DNA of 64,000 nucleotides from an uncultured virus (IMG/VR IMGVR_UViG_3300042691_014085) (Duplodnaviria; Heunggongvirae; Uroviricota; Caudoviricetes), in IMG/VR virus record IMGVR_UViG_3300042691_014085, positions 1 to 64,000 of that record. The stretch is one strand, 5' to 3'. Each line of letters begins with the position of its first letter. The first letter of the stretch is position 1. The notes beneath the pieces are model-generated. The model was not told the origin of the DNA. It ran no database searches and was given only the letters and a program-made list of their open reading frames with translations. Both the position numbers and the translations under genes were made by a program. This document shows positions 56,019-64,000 of this stretch, in pieces.

Positions 56019-57239
56019 TTATTTTTCTTCAAAGTCTTTATACTTGTAATATCCTCTGTCAAAATCTACTTGAACCAAAAAGTCTCCCATAAAACCATTT
56101 CTATTTTTTCTAAATACACACTCAATAATATCACTATTTGTAGCACGACCAAGTGCCATAACCCAGTCAGCATCATATGCAATCTGTCTTGACCAAGCAG
56201 TTTGACCAAGTGTGGGAGCACTACTAAGATCTTTTACATCATCTGGCGTAGCAGATGAAATAGCAATAATAGGAACCTCTTCACTAATAGCCATTAGCTT
56301 AAGTTCTCGTGAAAGGTTTTTCATTCGTACCGTTTCATTTTCAGACCTTTGGTTAGGAGACATTAGCTGTAGATAGTCAACAATAACAAAGTCTGGTTTG
56401 TACTGATCAATCTTTCCACGAATAACAGATGGAGTAACTTCTCCACCAGAATCATTGGATATGATATGGAAAGCAGGCTTGCCATCAAGTTTACTTGCAT
56501 GCCATTTTTTCAACATATCAATTTCTACTTCACCATTGCTAAGTTTACGATGTGACCAAAGACCTTCGCCCATAATCGCATATACACGATTACGTACTTC
56601 TGTCTCACTCATTTCAAGAGATATGATAAGGGGAGATCTTCCTTGCTTCCAAGCCTGTACTGCAAAGTAAAGAGCAAGCCAGGATTTTCCAATTCCTGGG
56701 TATGCCAAGAACACCCCAAGCTGACCTGGCATAATTCCAGATGGGAGATAATTGTCAAACCCTGGCAAGCCAGTCTTGATTCCTACTTGCCCAGACTCTT
56801 TCATCTTTTGGACGTTTTCGTAATAAGAAACAGCGGAATCAATATCAGTTACATCAACATCTCTAATTGCTGATGTGTTCTTTTTTAGTTCTGAAGTCTT
56901 AGTAATAAGTTGTTCAAGTGCTTGTGTACCGTTGCCACCCTGAACATCTGTAGCAGCAGTTCTCAATATATCCTTAAGGCTATCATTTAAATATTCTGTT
57001 TGTAATTCATCAAGATGATGTTTAGTCGCACCAATATCTGGTATTACCTGAAAGTCACGGAACTTTTCAACTACAAGTGAAGATGGTGGAACAGATCCAT
57101 TAATATCAAAATAATGTCTAACAAAATTCCATACATCGTTATGAGTTCTAAGTAAATTATCTAGGTTAGCTTGAAGCAAGACATGCATTTGTTTGTCATT
57201 TAATACTGCAGATATTACTTTTGCTTCTGAATTATTCAC
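56019..57239 (-). CDS. dnaB: DnaB-like replicative helicase
   Basis: AYPGIGKS, SLEM, VDYLQL, KNRNG. Confidence 0.95.
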   Translation of the reverse strand: MNNSEAKVISAVLNDKQMHVLLQANLDNLLRTHNDVWNFVRHYFDINGSVPPSSLVVEKFRDFQVIPDIGATKHHLDELQTEYLNDSLKDILRTAATDVQGGNGTQALEQLITKTSELKKNTSAIRDVDVTDIDSAVSYYENVQKMKESGQVGIKTGLPGFDNYLPSGIMPGQLGVFLAYPGIGKSWLALYFAVQAWKQGRSPLIISLEMSETEVRNRVYAIMGEGLWSHRKLSNGEVEIDMLKKWHASKLDGKPAFHIISNDSGGEVTPSVIRGKIDQYKPDFVIVDYLQLMSPNQRSENETVRMKNLSRELKLMAISEEVPIIAISSATPDDVKDLSSAPTLGQTAWSRQIAYDADWVMALGRATNSDIIECVFRKNRNGFMGDFLVQVDFDRGYYKYKDFEEK

Positions 57240-57540
57240 TTAACCACTTCCTAGCAAGCTCTCTACGATACTGTCTATCTTTTTTGTCCTGTTCAACTTC
57301 AAGTTTACCAGATAGAATTTTTTCTGCATTATATGCAAAATAATTCCATGAAGGATCTTGAGCTATTTTAAAATAATAATCTAATAAATCATAACAACCT
57401 TTTAGGCCATATGACTCAACAAGGGCATCTGCAGCCCACTGCTCTACATTAAGATTGAGATTAGACTTTTGCTCATATCTCTGCAAATAATATTTATTGT
57501 AGCGACTGAGCAAAGCCATTCGGTCTTTGCGTTCAGCCAT
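57232..57540 (-). CDS. hypothetical protein, possible helicase loader
   Basis: coupled upstream of dnaB. Confidence 0.6.
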   Translation of the reverse strand: MAERKDRMALLSRYNKYYLQRYEQKSNLNLNVEQWAADALVESYGLKGCYDLLDYYFKIAQDPSWNYFAYNAEKILSGKLEVEQDKKDRQYRRELARKWLSE

Positions 57541-57746
57541 TAGGATTCTAGCTCAACCTTGGCTTCATTGATTTTAGAGGTAAGCTTGTCTTCAACAAAC
57601 TTATAGACTCTCTCAAATGCCTGATCTATATTCTCACCATCACGTCTAGAATCAACAATACCAAGATCTAACCTGAGTGATTGAAAGTTTCCTAAATTAA
57701 GTGTGTAACCCAAAGTTACGTTAATCTTTGTTTCTTCGTTTTGCAT
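57540..57746 (-). CDS. conserved hypothetical phage protein
   Basis: GYTLNLGNFQSLRLD; start MQNEE behind GGAGGG. Confidence 0.8.
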   Translation of the reverse strand: MQNEETKINVTLGYTLNLGNFQSLRLDLGIVDSRRDGENIDQAFERVYKFVEDKLTSKINEAKVELES

Positions 57747-57762
57747 TTGCCCTCCCCAGGCT

Positions 57763-58305
57763 CTATATGCTCTCTGTCCAAACTGGTATGAATCTACCGT
57801 CTGGAGTTTTTGTATATGTAAGTATACCATCGCCCATTCTGCGTGTCAATTCTTGAGATGTAGGCGTTTGATTATTAGTTATTAAATTGTCTCTTCTTGG
57901 TCTTCCAATGTGTCTAGATGCCAGTATATCACGTATCTCTTTTACTTGTGATTCAGAGTAATACGATCTTATTTGCCATCCTCTTTCTCCATTAAGCTTA
58001 GAGCCAATTGGTGGTGGAATAACACCCCATTTAATTAATCTAGGAAAGTATTTACGATGCCTATTGACAAGCACTGCAGTTTCTGCTACAGTATAAGCTT
58101 TTTGTCTATTCTTTCTAAAATCAGATCTTAGACAACTTTCTAATCTATCTTTTGTTATGTTATAAACAGTAACCATTCCTGTGGATCTTGAACTGTGGTG
58201 TAGTCTTACAAGGTCTCCATTAAGAAACCAGACCTTTTTATTCCCAGAAATTACAGGGTCGTTATTGTACTCTTGGCTAACAATCTTTCTTTTTCCAGTA
58301 GCCAC
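57763..58305 (-). CDS. MerR-like HTH DNA-binding protein
   Basis: YTVAETA..VNR......G.IP...R.YSE. Confidence 0.7.
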   Translation of the reverse strand: MATGKRKIVSQEYNNDPVISGNKKVWFLNGDLVRLHHSSRSTGMVTVYNITKDRLESCLRSDFRKNRQKAYTVAETAVLVNRHRKYFPRLIKWGVIPPPIGSKLNGERGWQIRSYYSESQVKEIRDILASRHIGRPRRDNLITNNQTPTSQELTRRMGDGILTYTKTPDGRFIPVWTESI

Positions 58306-58442
58306 AAACCCTCCGCACTATCTTGTGGTGGATGAAAAAATTTTCTTTGACCACACATGATACAAAATGTTTCTAAATGAATAGCGCTACTATATTGTCT
58401 ATCTACAAAAACTCTGCCACTGCATCTTTTACAAGACATCAT
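58251..58442 (-). CDS. small zinc-ribbon protein
   Basis: CKRC.GRVF.D...C..CG. Confidence 0.7.
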   Translation of the reverse strand: MMSCKRCSGRVFVDRQYSSAIHLETFCIMCGQRKFFHPPQDSAEGLWLLEKERLLAKSTITTL

Positions 58443-58626
58443 TTTTATTGTCTGCTATCTTTGATAATAAATCTTCAGAATATTTATCTGCAGCTTTTTG
58501 TTTATTATTATTAATCATTTCTGTTATTTCTGCCCGCAATACTGCAATTTGAGTTTCGTAGTTAGCAACCAGTTCACCAATTCGCTGCTGCAATACAATT
58601 GCAATTAATTCATTTTTTTCAGTCAT
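58429..58626 (-). CDS. small coiled-coil protein
   Basis: LQQRIGE....YE..IA.LRAEIT. Confidence 0.7.
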   Translation of the reverse strand: MTEKNELIAIVLQQRIGELVANYETQIAVLRAEITEMINNNKQKAADKYSEDLLSKIADNKNDVL

Positions 58627-58834
58627 TTGGCAAATTCTCTAACTCTTGTAACAAAACATCTCGCTTTGCTTCTTCGTTAGTTTTTTGCTCTGAAAGATTA
58701 TTTACAATGTCAGAGTTAGGATTTTCTTTTGCTTGTTCAGCAAGTAAAGAGATCTGCAAATTATAAATATTTGTCAAAGCATTTTTAATATGACTTTCTA
58801 AGATGGCTCTTTTTTCATCACTTGTTAATTCCAT
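58619..58834 (-). CDS. small coiled-coil protein
   Basis: coupled ORF. Confidence 0.7.
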   Translation of the reverse strand: MELTSDEKRAILESHIKNALTNIYNLQISLLAEQAKENPNSDIVNNLSEQKTNEEAKRDVLLQELENLPND

Positions 58835-58837
58835 AAA

Positions 58838-59143
58838 TCACCTTTGTATAATGTTTCCCTCGTCATCTACAATATCTGGTACATCTTGTACTGCTCCCCA
58901 TTTACCCAGCGGGCAGGAAGCATGTGGAAGTTTTGCCTTTTCAGTCATAAAGCAACCACACTTTTTGCAGGTCTTAGTCAATTGTATCAGAGATGGACAT
59001 TTCATGCAGCCTTCTTCAAATCTAAGCCTATAGGTCTCATCATCTACCCTACCAATATTAGGATTAATCAAATCCCAAGGTCTTACTGAATCTCCAGGCT
59101 GCTTTTCTTTCCATATCTGCCAAGGGCTTTTAGACATTTTCAC
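58838..59143 (-). CDS. Cys-rich small protein
   Basis: C..CP......C..CGCFM..K..L..A.CP.GKW. Confidence 0.75.
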   Translation of the reverse strand: MKMSKSPWQIWKEKQPGDSVRPWDLINPNIGRVDDETYRLRFEEGCMKCPSLIQLTKTCKKCGCFMTEKAKLPHASCPLGKWGAVQDVPDIVDDEGNIIQR

Positions 59144-59354
59144 CTTCTGTTATTTCTGGCATTACATACTCGTCAGTTTCAGGATTATAGATCATACCAG
59201 GCAAAACAGCATTTGGATTAAAATTAATCTTATCTGTAACATCTAAGACAACTGGATTGCTCAAAAAAATCGCAGACAATCTTTCATCAGTATGTAAAAT
59301 ATCAGCAACCTCATTATCTATAATGAATGCTAATTTAATTGGGGGGGTTTCCAT
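59130..59354 (-). CDS. small tail-associated hypothetical protein
   Basis: downstream of tail gene; YNPETDE.V motif. Confidence 0.65.
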   Translation of the reverse strand: METPPIKLAFIIDNEVADILHTDERLSAIFLSNPVVLDVTDKINFNPNAVLPGMIYNPETDEYVMPEITEGENV

Positions 59355-59372
59355 GTTTTCTCCTTTTTTCTA

Positions 59373-61853
59373 TTATACATTAGTATACACGAAATCGTCA
59401 AGTCTATTGCCAGTTATTCTATTAGCTACCGTTGGAGTATTAATTATACCAACAGCAGAATCACCAGCAATGGATTTTGTTGGACTAGATGGGGTAGCGG
59501 TTAAAGTTGATCCTAGTTGATTTGTAACCGCTGTATTTGAATATGCCTTTGCTGTAATAGTATTATTAGATGTTTCAACTGATAGTCCATATATTGGAAT
59601 AAAGGCAGAATTGCTAGTGGCTACTGTTTGACTGTATTGACTTGTTACAGTACTACCAACTGAAGATAATATTTTAATTGTACTTGTATATGTTACAGTG
59701 GTTGAAGAAGAAACTGAACATCCTCCACAGCCAGAACCGCTGGAATCTGTTGATATTGGGCCTCCACTGCAAGATGTTGAAGAAGAAACTCCACATCCAC
59801 CACAACCAGATCCGCTTGAATTAGTTCCTATTGGACCACCAGTACACGTAGTAACTGTTGAACTTGACACTGTGCATCCTCCACAACCAGTTCCAGATGC
59901 ATCGGTTGAAATTGGACCACCAGTACATCCACTTGTTGTGCTTGAGTTAACTGTTGAATAAGAATAACTTGTTGTAGAACTAACACTACAATATCTTACT
60001 ATCCACTGAATTCCAAACTCTCCAACAAACAGCTTATAGCATGGTTGCCCATTATGTGATGGCGAATTACAAGCAACAACTGTTCCAGGATCGTTTGAAA
60101 CATATTGATCTGTTCCGCAAGAATACGAATATGATGTTGTGCTTGAGCATCCACTACATCTTCTACCTACTGTAAATGCATTATATTCTGTAGTAAAATC
60201 ATCTGGACAAAATGAAGTGGAGGCGCTGCCGCCGCAACCATAAGTAGTTATAGTTTGTGGAGTATTACATGTGTAGCTAGTTACTGATACTGGAGTATAA
60301 CAAGAATACGAAGTTACTGGGGTATTGCATGAATACGATGTAGAGCTACTGCTAGAATAATCTGGTGCTACTGCCCACCAAGAGCCAGCACTTGTAACCC
60401 AAAAAGCTAGGCCAGGCCCACCGCCACCATCAGAAACAGATACCTTTAAGGCAACATTAGAATCTCCAACATTTATAGTTTTAAGTGGATAATTAGTTGC
60501 GCTATTTCCAACAGAAGGATTGGTGTAAGTAACAACGGCCTGCCTTCCAGATATTTCTTCTGTATCTAATTGCCAAGAAAAGTTGTTAGTATTTATTGAC
60601 GGTGTTTGTGGTCCATACAATCCGCCATTGGTTGACCAGTACCAACTGCCAGTGCTGGTTTGTCCAAGACCTTGAGATCCAGTTCCAGCAAGTCTATTAA
60701 AGTTGTCTGAAAATGATGGGATGAAGGCACGAGCATTTAAATCACTATAATAATAGTATGTAGATGCACCATCTGCTGCTATAACTATATCAACTGCATA
60801 GAACGTATAATTAACCATAAGTTGTGTAGTAAGCAATGACTGTGTACCGCCAGATGTTGTGTCTGGTGTAGGCGGAGCTGTTGTAGTTCCATTTGTTAGT
60901 GTGGGGCCAGGAAATACCCACCCGTAAACTCGTGTTTGTATTGCAAGATCTGGATTACCATCAAATATAGTATTATTTTGATAAGTTCCTCTGTTTGCAG
61001 TAAGAGTAGTTCCAATTACAACGTTTCCAGTACTTGATAATGTTGGGCTAGAAGTTTGTATTGGAGTTGGTGGAAAATTAGACGTAAACTGAGTTGTTAA
61101 TGAACTTTCATTACCAGGGTACCCAGTAACATTTCCAGAAACAATATTGCCAGTATATGGTGTAACAGAAAATCTATATTGTTTGCCGTATTCATCAAGT
61201 GTTATTGTTGTTGGGCTAGCCGTTGTTTTATAAAATTCAGTGGTACTTTGTAAAGTTCCCCCACTATATTTATATCTTTTAATTATTACACTACCAGTGT
61301 ATGATCCAACCGTAAATGAAACACTAGCTTGAAGATCTGTTCCGACTTGTGAAGCGGTTACATTTATAACATCCCTTGGAGTACTAATGGTTGTTGTGTT
61401 ACTTATAGAGCTGCTAGTTAATACAATATTTGTAGCTACAACCCTGAATCTATATAAATTATCTGAATTTGTGCTAGTGTCATATGACTGAACTACATAG
61501 GTTTTAGTATTAGAAGATCCTGATGCTGGATTTGTTATTGATCCAACATCTATCGTTTGCCAACTACCTGAGTTATACCATTGAAAATAATAAGTAAGTG
61601 AAGTTGAATTTGTCCAATGATAATTTGTTCCAGTTAATGTAACTAGTCCAGTAGTTGAATTTGTTGATTGAGATATTTCAACTTGTTGAGCTATGCTCGG
61701 CCCTTCTTCTGAAGAAAATAATTTTTTCCAAATACCAGATGAGTTTAGCCTATACCATGCAGAAAATCTTTTCCAAACACCAGAGTTGTTTAGACGGTAA
61801 AGGCTTGAGAACTTCTTCCACTGTCCAGAAGAATTAAGTCTGTAAATTGGCAT
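59373..61853 (-). CDS. Ser/Thr-rich virion (tail/receptor-binding) protein with Cys-rich repeat insert
   Basis: N-terminal YRLN.SG.WK repeats, FN3/Ig-like segments, SDNFNR domain interrupted by Cys repeats. Confidence 0.75.
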   Translation of the reverse strand: MPIYRLNSSGQWKKFSSLYRLNNSGVWKRFSAWYRLNSSGIWKKLFSSEEGPSIAQQVEISQSTNSTTGLVTLTGTNYHWTNSTSLTYYFQWYNSGSWQTIDVGSITNPASGSSNTKTYVVQSYDTSTNSDNLYRFRVVATNIVLTSSSISNTTTISTPRDVINVTASQVGTDLQASVSFTVGSYTGSVIIKRYKYSGGTLQSTTEFYKTTASPTTITLDEYGKQYRFSVTPYTGNIVSGNVTGYPGNESSLTTQFTSNFPPTPIQTSSPTLSSTGNVVIGTTLTANRGTYQNNTIFDGNPDLAIQTRVYGWVFPGPTLTNGTTTAPPTPDTTSGGTQSLLTTQLMVNYTFYAVDIVIAADGASTYYYYSDLNARAFIPSFSDNFNRLAGTGSQGLGQTSTGSWYWSTNGGLYGPQTPSINTNNFSWQLDTEEISGRQAVVTYTNPSVGNSATNYPLKTINVGDSNVALKVSVSDGGGGPGLAFWVTSAGSWWAVAPDYSSSSSTSYSCNTPVTSYSCYTPVSVTSYTCNTPQTITTYGCGGSASTSFCPDDFTTEYNAFTVGRRCSGCSSTTSYSYSCGTDQYVSNDPGTVVACNSPSHNGQPCYKLFVGEFGIQWIVRYCSVSSTTSYSYSTVNSSTTSGCTGGPISTDASGTGCGGCTVSSSTVTTCTGGPIGTNSSGSGCGGCGVSSSTSCSGGPISTDSSGSGCGGCSVSSSTTVTYTSTIKILSSVGSTVTSQYSQTVATSNSAFIPIYGLSVETSNNTITAKAYSNTAVTNQLGSTLTATPSSPTKSIAGDSAVGIINTPTVANRITGNRLDDFVYTNV

Positions 61854-61856
61854 TGT

Positions 61857-64000
61857 TTATTCCTGAATCATTAGTATATCACCAGCCTTGACGCTGCGTG
61901 ATGTACCATTGCTATCTGTAATTGTTCCTGTTTTTGTTGTATTGTTCCATCCCGTAGGATTTGTTGGTGTTGTGCTTCCAGTAATCGTGGAAAGATAAAT
62001 AAACCTTCTGCCCTGAACAAGTTTATCATCTGATGTTCTTTTTGTAATAGTTGGATCTCCTGCCCAACTGTCATCATCCGATGTTGGCATTTGTACCATA
62101 TAGAAACTAGCGTTACCATTGAACAAGTCTATTATTACGGAATCATGAGTGCCGTTTAAAATACCTCCACCAATGCTAAACTCTGCATTTGAATACCAAT
62201 AATTTGCAGAGTTTATATATAATCCATCTTCGCCATTAGCACCAACACTGGTTCCAAACTTCATCTCTGCCCCACCCTGAGATGCCCCAGTAGTTAATCT
62301 ACCTTGCAATATGGCTCCATTTGCATTTAATATACCGTTTGCGGTAACATAAAATGCTGCTGCGGTACTTCTTGCTCCACCTGCCCAAAATACAATATCA
62401 GATGTAGAATTTGTATTGGGTGTTGCTATACCTGCTGTATAGTTAACGCTTGTTAATCTTATTTGTGCATTTGTAGAATCAAGAGTAACCACACCACTAC
62501 CGCTTGTATTTGTTATTGTATTAGCAGTTACATCCCATCCACCAATATTGGCAGATTTTGTAGTCAAAAGACCTGTTGACCCATTAATAGTTGTTATGCC
62601 ATTTACAGAAGAAGAATTAAAAGTTAAACCACTAGTATTTAAAATAAATCCAGCACCAGATAAACTTCCAGCAATAACATTTCCAGAGTATAATGATCCA
62701 CCAGACTTTATTTCAACATTGCCATCAAATTGACCCTTTTGTGCTCTAAGGTCACCTTGAATAATAAATGTTGTTCCATCCCATTGTATATAGTTATTTG
62801 TATCTCCGCCTAGTTTAAATAATGCTGATTGTGCTGAATCTATGTACCAGTAGTTATTTGAATTAAATACTAGTCCTCGTTTTGTTCCACCGCTGTCCTG
62901 TACTCCGTATCCAAACTTAAATGTTCCAGTATCTCCAGTAGCTGAGGCTCCAAAATAGCCGACAGTTGTTACATTTTTTCCTATGAAAGGAGTTCCATTT
63001 GCTATTGCTGTTCCTATAGAGGTGTAGGCAGAAGATGTATTATTAAATTCATCATATGAAGCAATTCCTATTTGATATGTTGTTCCTATAGATAAGCCGT
63101 TTAATCTAAAAGATGTTCCAGTTCCTGGTGAATCTACATACGAATATGGATTACTAGTTCCGTCTTCTCTAAATCTAATCCTATATCCTTTTAAGGTGGC
63201 ATCGGATACCGCTGACCAGGATATGTCAACGTAGGCATTAAATCCAATAGTAGCGCCAGTGGAATTATCAATACCAGCGGTTACTGATCCTGAAGCTGGA
63301 GCATCTGGTGGAATGTTGTCTGCACTAACTGGATTAGTAGGTGTTACTTTGTATGCTGTTGAATATGGTCCATATGTACCAGCTTTATCTGTAAATCTTG
63401 CTCTAACCCATCTTGCCTCTAGTGTTGGAGTTGTGATTACTGCTGGTTTTATACTATTTAAATATGCCTGCTCATATCCAGCTGCTGGATCAGTTGATGC
63501 ATTAGATATAACCTCTTCTACTGATATATAATTATATAACTCTACAATTGGATTCCAATCTACAGAATATCCTTGCGCTATTGATGTAACAGTAATGCTT
63601 GGTGCTGGCAAATCATTTTCATATGATGGAATAACGGTTAGCGTTGCTTCTGGCCCAACATTACCACTTTTATCACGAGATCTTACTTTAAATTCAGTAA
63701 ATGTTGTTTGAAAAATACCAAAAAACTTTATATTGTCTGAATAATAAAATATAAGTTCTTGTGCGTCAGAAGTTTTATTTAATTTTGTAAAAGATATTGG
63801 AGGAGTTATTCCAGATCCAGTATTTAGAGTATATATAAAAGCATCAACATCATCATTGTCTGGACTTGTTAAATCTATATCAAATGAAAAAACTAATGCT
63901 GGCTCTCCAGATATTGTTTGCCATTCAGCAGATAAATTACTTATATCTGTTGGAGTTTTTCCTTCTGATGCTTTTGGGTTAGATGCAGAGGATGGATATC
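61857..64000 (-). CDS. minor tail / tail fibre protein with FN3 domains, 5' end outside the window
   Basis: frame stays open from 63998 down to 61857; FN3 W...GYRIR...GL..GTTY, IGGW motif. Confidence 0.8.
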   Translation of the reverse strand, partial: YPSSASNPKASEGKTPTDISNLSAEWQTISGEPALVFSFDIDLTSPDNDDVDAFIYTLNTGSGITPPISFTKLNKTSDAQELIFYYSDNIKFFGIFQTTFTEFKVRSRDKSGNVGPEATLTVIPSYENDLPAPSITVTSIAQGYSVDWNPIVELYNYISVEEVISNASTDPAAGYEQAYLNSIKPAVITTPTLEARWVRARFTDKAGTYGPYSTAYKVTPTNPVSADNIPPDAPASGSVTAGIDNSTGATIGFNAYVDISWSAVSDATLKGYRIRFREDGTSNPYSYVDSPGTGTSFRLNGLSIGTTYQIGIASYDEFNNTSSAYTSIGTAIANGTPFIGKNVTTVGYFGASATGDTGTFKFGYGVQDSGGTKRGLVFNSNNYWYIDSAQSALFKLGGDTNNYIQWDGTTFIIQGDLRAQKGQFDGNVEIKSGGSLYSGNVIAGSLSGAGFILNTSGLTFNSSSVNGITTINGSTGLLTTKSANIGGWDVTANTITNTSGSGVVTLDSTNAQIRLTSVNYTAGIATPNTNSTSDIVFWAGGARSTAAAFYVTANGILNANGAILQGRLTTGASQGGAEMKFGTSVGANGEDGLYINSANYWYSNAEFSIGGGILNGTHDSVIIDLFNGNASFYMVQMPTSDDDSWAGDPTITKRTSDDKLVQGRRFIYLSTITGSTTPTNPTGWNNTTKTGTITDSNGTSRSVKAGDILMIQE

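Noticed and set aside
44078..57239. Inteins or introns in terL, recA, dnaE, dnaB
   Set aside because: Lengths are ordinary, ORFs are uninterrupted and no splicing or homing-endonuclease motifs were seen
61857..63611. TTG 63611 as the start of the tail gene
   Set aside because: The frame is open to the window edge, so the true start lies beyond 64000
59373..64000. Diversity-generating retroelement acting on tail genes
   Set aside because: No reverse transcriptase and no template/variable repeat pair differing at adenines in this window

Overview
A 64 kb internal segment of a large lytic-type tailed phage that most likely infects Actinobacteria. The evidence is WhiB, AhpC/AhpD, a short-arm tRNA-Leu(UAA), AGAAAGG ribosome-binding sites, and a DnaE/RecA/Cas4-like/terminase set recalling Streptomyces BE/BK-type and freshwater actinophages; the host assignment is an inference. 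1-10.2 kb (+): dense early-type region of small genes with sigma-A-like promoters, strong SD sites and several repeated intergenic motifs. ~10.3-10.7 kb: AT-rich non-coding stretch with three DnaA boxes. 10.7-23 kb: mostly leaderless-looking small genes, 8 tRNAs, ahpC-ahpD and AT-rich islands (SGNH-like proteins, carbamoyltransferase, methyl/sulfotransferase, 2OG-Fe(II) oxygenase). 23-64 kb (-), read in transcription direction: tail proteins, replication/recombination genes, terminase, secreted/membrane proteins, lysis genes, auxiliary metabolic and glycosylation genes. Most notable unannotated signals: (1) a promoter-driven three-hairpin small RNA (12381-12476) whose loops are complementary to the SD motif of the early genes, alongside a switch to leaderless architecture in later genes; (2) four covarying H-type pseudoknots just after stop codons; (3) a 24-aa motif shared by the holin and the endolysin; (4) helically phased CRP/GlxR-type boxes at early promoters. 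All calls are by eye; no database searches were run.
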